Assembly (NCBI RefSeq): GCF_009914755.1
Contig: NC_060926.1
Direction: 5' to 3' (one strand)
Origin: the human T2T-CHM13v2.0 reference genome, Homo sapiens
Length of the DNA: 64,000 bases
Shown: in pieces, positions 58,200 through 64,000 of the stretch
How the letters are laid out: each line of letters starts with the position of its first letter
Position numbering within the stretch: position 1 is the first letter of the stretch
The notes under the pieces: model-generated
What the model was told of the DNA's origin: nothing
Databases searched by the model: none
Seen by the model: only the letters and a program-made list of their open reading frames with translations
Program-made: the position numbers and the translations under genes

Positions 58200-60640
58200 A
58201 TAAACAGTGTTACATCTCAGGTAGTATGATTGCTATGAATAAAAACAAGACAGAGAAAGGGCAAAAACACTGATGGAAGGATAGGAAGTGTATTTTTGAA
58301 GGGGTAGTTAAGAAAGATTATTTGCAAGGTGTGCTATTTGATCAGAGACCTGGGTTAAATGAGGGCCAACCCATGATAATAATTTAAAGAAAAATCTTCC
58401 AGGCAGGGTTTTTGGGGAAGGAATCAAACCGGTATCCTAGAGGCACCTCAGGCAATCTGGCTCCTGGAATGGCCTAAGTGGGAGTAGTGGTTGGAGATAA
58501 GAATTCCCTAAGTGTGGTTGGGGAGGTAGCCAGGGCCTGCTAGTGAGCCCTTTGTAGAATGTAGAAAGGATTTTAGTGTTCTATTTAAGGGTTTTGAATG
58601 GGAAGGTGGGGTAATGTGTTCTCTGGCTGACATAAGTAGAATTGATAACAAGAAAAAAAAGAAGCCTGCTGGAAGATGAGTTAAAGGCCATTTCAGAGAC
58701 CTTGAGGCTTAGACTAGACACTCTTCAGTTGTGTTCAAGCACTTCTGGAAGTTATTTATTTTTTTTGCTAATGTCTCACATTTGATTCAACATTTTATAT
58801 AAGGACAGTGGCAGAAACTAAGGTGCTGTGGACTGATTTGGGAGCAGTTTTGTCCATTTATCATGGTTGTGCATTTTAGTTTTCCTAAGGCAACTTATCA
58901 ATAATTAGGACATTAAAATATTTAACTACATAAAAGTTAAATATGCTAAATAACATTTTCATTTTCTCTTTAGATTTAAGTCCTACTATAGCATTTATCA
59001 TTTTATTTGCCTTTTCTTCATTTGGTTATTGCTTGCTGACATGCAAGTATTGAGAGGAGATATATGCTATAGTTATACACAGAATGTTATTGTGTACATA
59101 GATTTTAAAAGTTTTGTGTCAGTTCAGAATTTGAGTTACAAAGGATAGATATCCAGTTAAAAATAGCTTGCAAAGCTGCGTAATACAAGGGGCAAATTCA
59201 GGCATATCTGGATAAAGAGTTTGAACTAGGGAAAATGAGATCATTCCATAATTATCTATGGGTAAAATGGTAAAACAAAGAGGGAAATGTAAATATTTGA
59301 ATCAAGGAAAGATTATATGAGTGTTCTATGTTCTGTTTTTATTCTTGCATCTCTTTTGTAATTTTTAAAATTTTTTCGAAGTGAAAAGTTAAAAAAATGT
59401 AGATGCACCAGGACTTAAAATATTTAAATAATCATATGTAAACTATAATATAGCTCTATAAAAATAAATATATACTTGTTATTTTTATTGAGATCAAAAC
59501 TCAAACTTGAAAATGTCTGTAAAGGTGACATAACATACTTGAAAAAGAATCATATTAAGATTATGAATTGGAAATGCTGTAATTGAAACTAAGTATTCAC
59601 TGAATGAGTTTAATGGTAGATTAGATCCAATAGAGAGATCAGCGAGCTGTAACTTGAGGCAGACAAAACACTAAATATTATAGCAGGAAGATATAGCAGG
59701 AAAATAAAAGGAGTGTAAGAGAAGAAATAGTGGGAGGACCTTGTATATGCATTTAATTGTAGTTCCAGAAAAACAGGAAAGAGGCAGAAGCAGTATCTGA
59801 TGGGATAATGCCTGAAAATTTTCCAGAACTGTTTTTAAAAAGTCAGTTCAAAAAGAAAAGAAAAATAAAGTAAACCACACTTAGGTACATCATAATAAAA
59901 TTCCAAAAACAAAAATAAAAGAGAAAAAGAAAAATTTATGTTGACGGATTTGGAAATGTTCTTAAAGCAAAAAAAGTAATAAAGCCAGTTTCAAACAAAA
60001 CTAAACAAGAATCCTGAGTTTATTAATAGCAAACCTATATTAAAAGAGTTACTTTATGTAGTAGGAAAATTATCCCAGAGACGTAGGAAGCAGTAAAGAG
60101 CAAAGAAGGTGGTAAATGTATGGAGAAATCTAAATGAAATTTGGTTTCATAAAATAATACTGAAATTGAATAAATTGAATGGAGAGAATAAAAAACAAAA
60201 ATAATATGAATCAAGGGGAAATTAAGTGAAGTTAAATTGGTTCTTTGGCCCTTAAATTATTTGAACAAGGACGTAAGACTTTGATAAGTTAAGGATGCAT
60301 GCTGCAATTTTTAGAGTAAATCTAAGGGAGCACAAAAGTGTATAAAAATAGACAAGAAGTAAAATGCTCAGTACAAAGAACACTCAGTCTAAAAGAGAAC
60401 AAAAAAACCGAGAGAAACTGTAACATAGAACAACAGGCACCAATAGAAAATGTAAGATGGTGAAGTCACATCATAATATTTTGATAATGACATAAAATAC
60501 AGATTGATTACATGGTCTTGTTTAAGGATATAGACTGTCAGATTGCATTTTAAAAATTAAACTGTATCCTGTTTTCAAAGGAATATCTAAAACATTAGGT
60601 TATGGACAGTTTGAAAGGAAGAAGGTGGGAAAAACTATCA
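58200..60640 (+). mobile_element. Mixed old LINE relics: L2 (~58200-58700) and L1M ORF1/ORF2-start region (~59450-60640)
   Basis: A-rich text with L1 ORF1-type motifs GATAATGCCTGAAAATTTTCCAGAACTG and CCACACTTAGGTACATCATAATAAAA. Confidence 0.55.
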
Positions 60641-63600
60641 CTCTTCACTTTGATTCTGTTTGAGCAGTGACAGTTCTTTTCAAGATAGCACAACAGTTTA
60701 GGCATGGCTAGTTGTACCACCATAAATCAGGAAGAAATGTCATGGTACTGTTACAATTTTTTAAATTATTCTGATAAAACATAAGATTCAATTCACAAAA
60801 TATACATAAGTAGGATAATTAAAAATACTACAAAGAAGGGGTATAAAACATACCATTACATTACGACTACAGTTCTATTTTAGTAGTTTTATTCTATTTA
60901 TCTGGAATTTATTTTTCCCTCTCACTCCCTTAAAATATACTTAACTTCATTAAGCAGTTTTCCAATGTAATAATCTGATAGAGTAATTTGCCAGATGCTA
61001 CAACAACTTGGATTAAACAAGTCATGATTTTCTGCTTATTCATGGAAAAGCCAGAGTACCACCACTTTTGCCATCTTCTGTGGAGATCTTACTAACTCTC
61101 CCCTTGGAGTAACTTGTACATTTTTGCCTGGCTGTTCCCTACTTTTTATAGAAGAAGGCAGAGGGCATATTTTGAGATCCACATCCCAATCCCTAAGCTA
61201 TCATTGAGTAAATAACTAAGTGTTGATTCCAGTAGCCTTACCTACAAATTTGACAGAGTATTCTTGACTATGACCAATGTGTTAAACGAGTAATAGAATA
61301 GTTTTAATTTAAACATAAAGAGATACCTGTATATAGAAAAACTAAGGATATTTTCAGTATCTTAAGTCCAGGCTGGACCTCCCAGTCCAAGGGGATTCTA
61401 CAGACCCTAGTTCTTTGAAGACCCTAGTCTAAGAGGTCAGATAAAGTGTCCCTCCAATACAGATCATCCCATTCGTTTCTTGAACTGGTTAAAGCAGAAA
61501 GAAAAACCAGTTCTCAGCCCAGTGTTTGGAAGCTGTCATATGGCCTCTCTTGGTTTGAGACTGTCTATCAGTGCAAGGTGGTCTCTGGTCCTATTTCTGT
61601 TAATGAGTTAGGTTCTCCATCACTGTGATCCTGACAGATGCACAACAAGCTAGTTTTCCAACAGAAAATATCCTTCCTTTAGAGACTTCTCAAAGTCCAG
61701 GTCACTGGGAGTCACTTAGGTTTTCTTTTACCATTATTTCCCCTTGGCCAAAGAAAAGTAAAACTTGTCTCTTGATTGCATTTATTTAAATCCTGTATTA
61801 TGTTAAGAGTATGTCTTCCCACTCTGCACCCAGTAATAGTAACGCAGGTTTGTCAGTAGGCTAACATCCTCAGCAAGATCATATCGTGTTATGAGCATCA
61901 CTGGATGGGAGATTGGAGGGTCTTAATACTTTACACACAAAAGACTTTGTCACCAATATTAATGTGATGTGCTTTTGAACCGAGCTTAGCAGTGAACATT
62001 TTCAAATGCTCCCTACTCATGTATATATAAATGCTGCTTGGCACAGGTTTCCAGACTTAAAATGTTGAAGAATAAAATAAAAAAAAAAGTTTGGGAAAAT
62101 TCACTTAGCTGCTGGGGAATGGAAGAGTCTCCCATAAGGGGAAAGAAGATTGCTCAAAGGATGTTTTGCCCTTTAATAATTTAACGTGGCTTCCTATCAG
62201 CACTAGACTGAGTCTGTCACAGTGACTAGCATATACAATGTTACTTTTACTTGTATAACATTATAAGCTAATTGGTGTGTTCCAGTGTTTTCTTTAACAA
62301 GTGTTTCTCTGCTCATATATGTTTGCCAGCTCCTCTGATAAAGACCTAATTTGTTCCAGGAGTTGATGTACCATTCATGGTTTTACCAAATTAATTGTTG
62401 GTTTGGAATCATACCACGGATTTACTTTGTTGTTTTCAAAGGCGAAAATATTCAAAACTGTGAATCGTCATTTATTTACCATTTTAAATTAGTCATTTTA
62501 TTAAGAATTAATATTTTGTCTTAGCTTGCATGCAAATAAGACACATTTTATGTGGACACATTTTTTTTCTGAGTGTGATAAGGCTGTTAACTTGGATGCA
62601 GACATGTTTTGGTACATTTATATTGACTAAAATAATGACTCTATTTTGTATTTTAAAGCCCTTTGAGATTCTGAACTTCCTTCTTCTCACAAATAAAGGT
62701 CATAGAAAAGATACTTTACATAAGTTATATGGATATATAACCTCATAGCCTAATAAAACTCTCTTAAATCTACACAAATGGGTTGTTACATATTGACTAT
62801 CCATTTCTAATTAGAGAGCTGTTTCATGGCTCAGCTCAATGTGTCCATTAGATTACCAAACATCTCCAGAGCAGGAATGTTTAATAAATTATCTCTTAAG
62901 CATTATTAAAATAAGTCATACATATTTAGTAAGAACTCTTTTATAATAGTGTGATATATATTCACTGATTCTTACAACCTAATTGAAATATTAGTTAACT
63001 CTTTAAAAAAAGAAGAGCTTGTTTGACATAATAAAATGTAAGCCAGAGAATAATAAACTGTTTTTTTGCTCCACGTCAACCCATATTTAAAATCCCTGTT
63101 TAATATTGTGGTAAGTGTAACTCCACCTCTTATGAAGAAGGTCCTGGAAGAGTTGTTAATCTATACCCAAAATAAAGTGAGAATTATTTTCATATAGACT
63201 TAGTTTTTTCTGTTTGTATGTCAACAGAAAACACTAATTTTTTTTTTAGCTTGGGTTGGACATTTTCAGAGTGTATTAACCTATGGCCTGTGACATATTA
63301 GGTATTTTTTTGACAAAGGTAGGATAAGCAGTAGTGGTTGTCACCAACTTTATTATCCTCCACTTGATAATTCCTGCTTTTCAGGGCTGGCAGGGAAATC
63401 TTCCCTGCTCATCACAGTTCTGTCTGGAAAATGGAAGTAGCATCTTAACCTAGCTCAGAAAAGTTGAAGATCAAATGAGGTATTTGTACCTTGAATATAA
63501 TTATTATGAAATTCAAAATGTATTTTCTCCCTCCTCTTATCCCTCCTATACCAAGTACAGTGCCATTTAACTCAGTAAGTCGAGCAGAATTTACTCCATC

Positions 63601-64000
63601 TCACAGACCTGACTTCACAGTCTTCATGTTTACTTCCAAGGCAACAAGTTTATGCTGGGAGAGCTTTTGAAAATGTAATGATAGATTTATTTTCACACAG
63701 GTAGAAAAAATGTTCCACTTGGCTTGATATAATAGGATATGTTTTGAAGCATTTCTACCCATTATATTATATTTCAAAGTATATTTTGTATATTTGACCT
63801 ATTAATAAAATGCAGATGTTTTTCAACACTCAGTCTTTTACATATTTACATAATTTTTCAGAGTGTAAGGAGAAATGTACTGACCAGAATTTTCTTTCAC
63901 ATTTAACCAAGGCTTGGAAATAAAAATAAAAAATCCTGTTGAATTTCTAGCAGTTATATTTTTTTTTACCACTACTGTGAGAACTGATAGAGATAGAGGG

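Overview
Primate (human or great-ape) genomic DNA, AT-rich and repeat-dense, not prokaryotic. It holds the 3' end of XIRP2 on the + strand: a 134-bp exon at 1931-2064 and a terminal exon from 5755 with coding stop at 7261 and poly(A) signals from 7618. About 33 kb of intergenic DNA follows, with a full-length THE1 MaLR provirus, MLT1/LTR16 elements, an AluY and L1/L2/MIR relics. A CpG-island promoter and probable non-coding first exon lie at ~40.4-42.2 kb, assigned to B3GALT1 from recalled synteny only, followed by ~23 kb of its first intron. Main points of interest: (1) the 134-bp XIRP2 exon is dual-coding, one frame ending the giant Xin-repeat protein 39 nt before the last junction and the other encoding half of an EPLIN/LIMA1-type LIM domain; (2) an ERV-L/MLT2 relic has two inward-facing, PBS-bearing LTRs inside one L1; (3) the CpG island has a junction-spanning uORF and a candidate divergent antisense exon. 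Repeat family names come from recalled consensus sequences, not a RepeatMasker run. I found no clearly new biological system; most other ORF-track entries are chance or repeat-derived.
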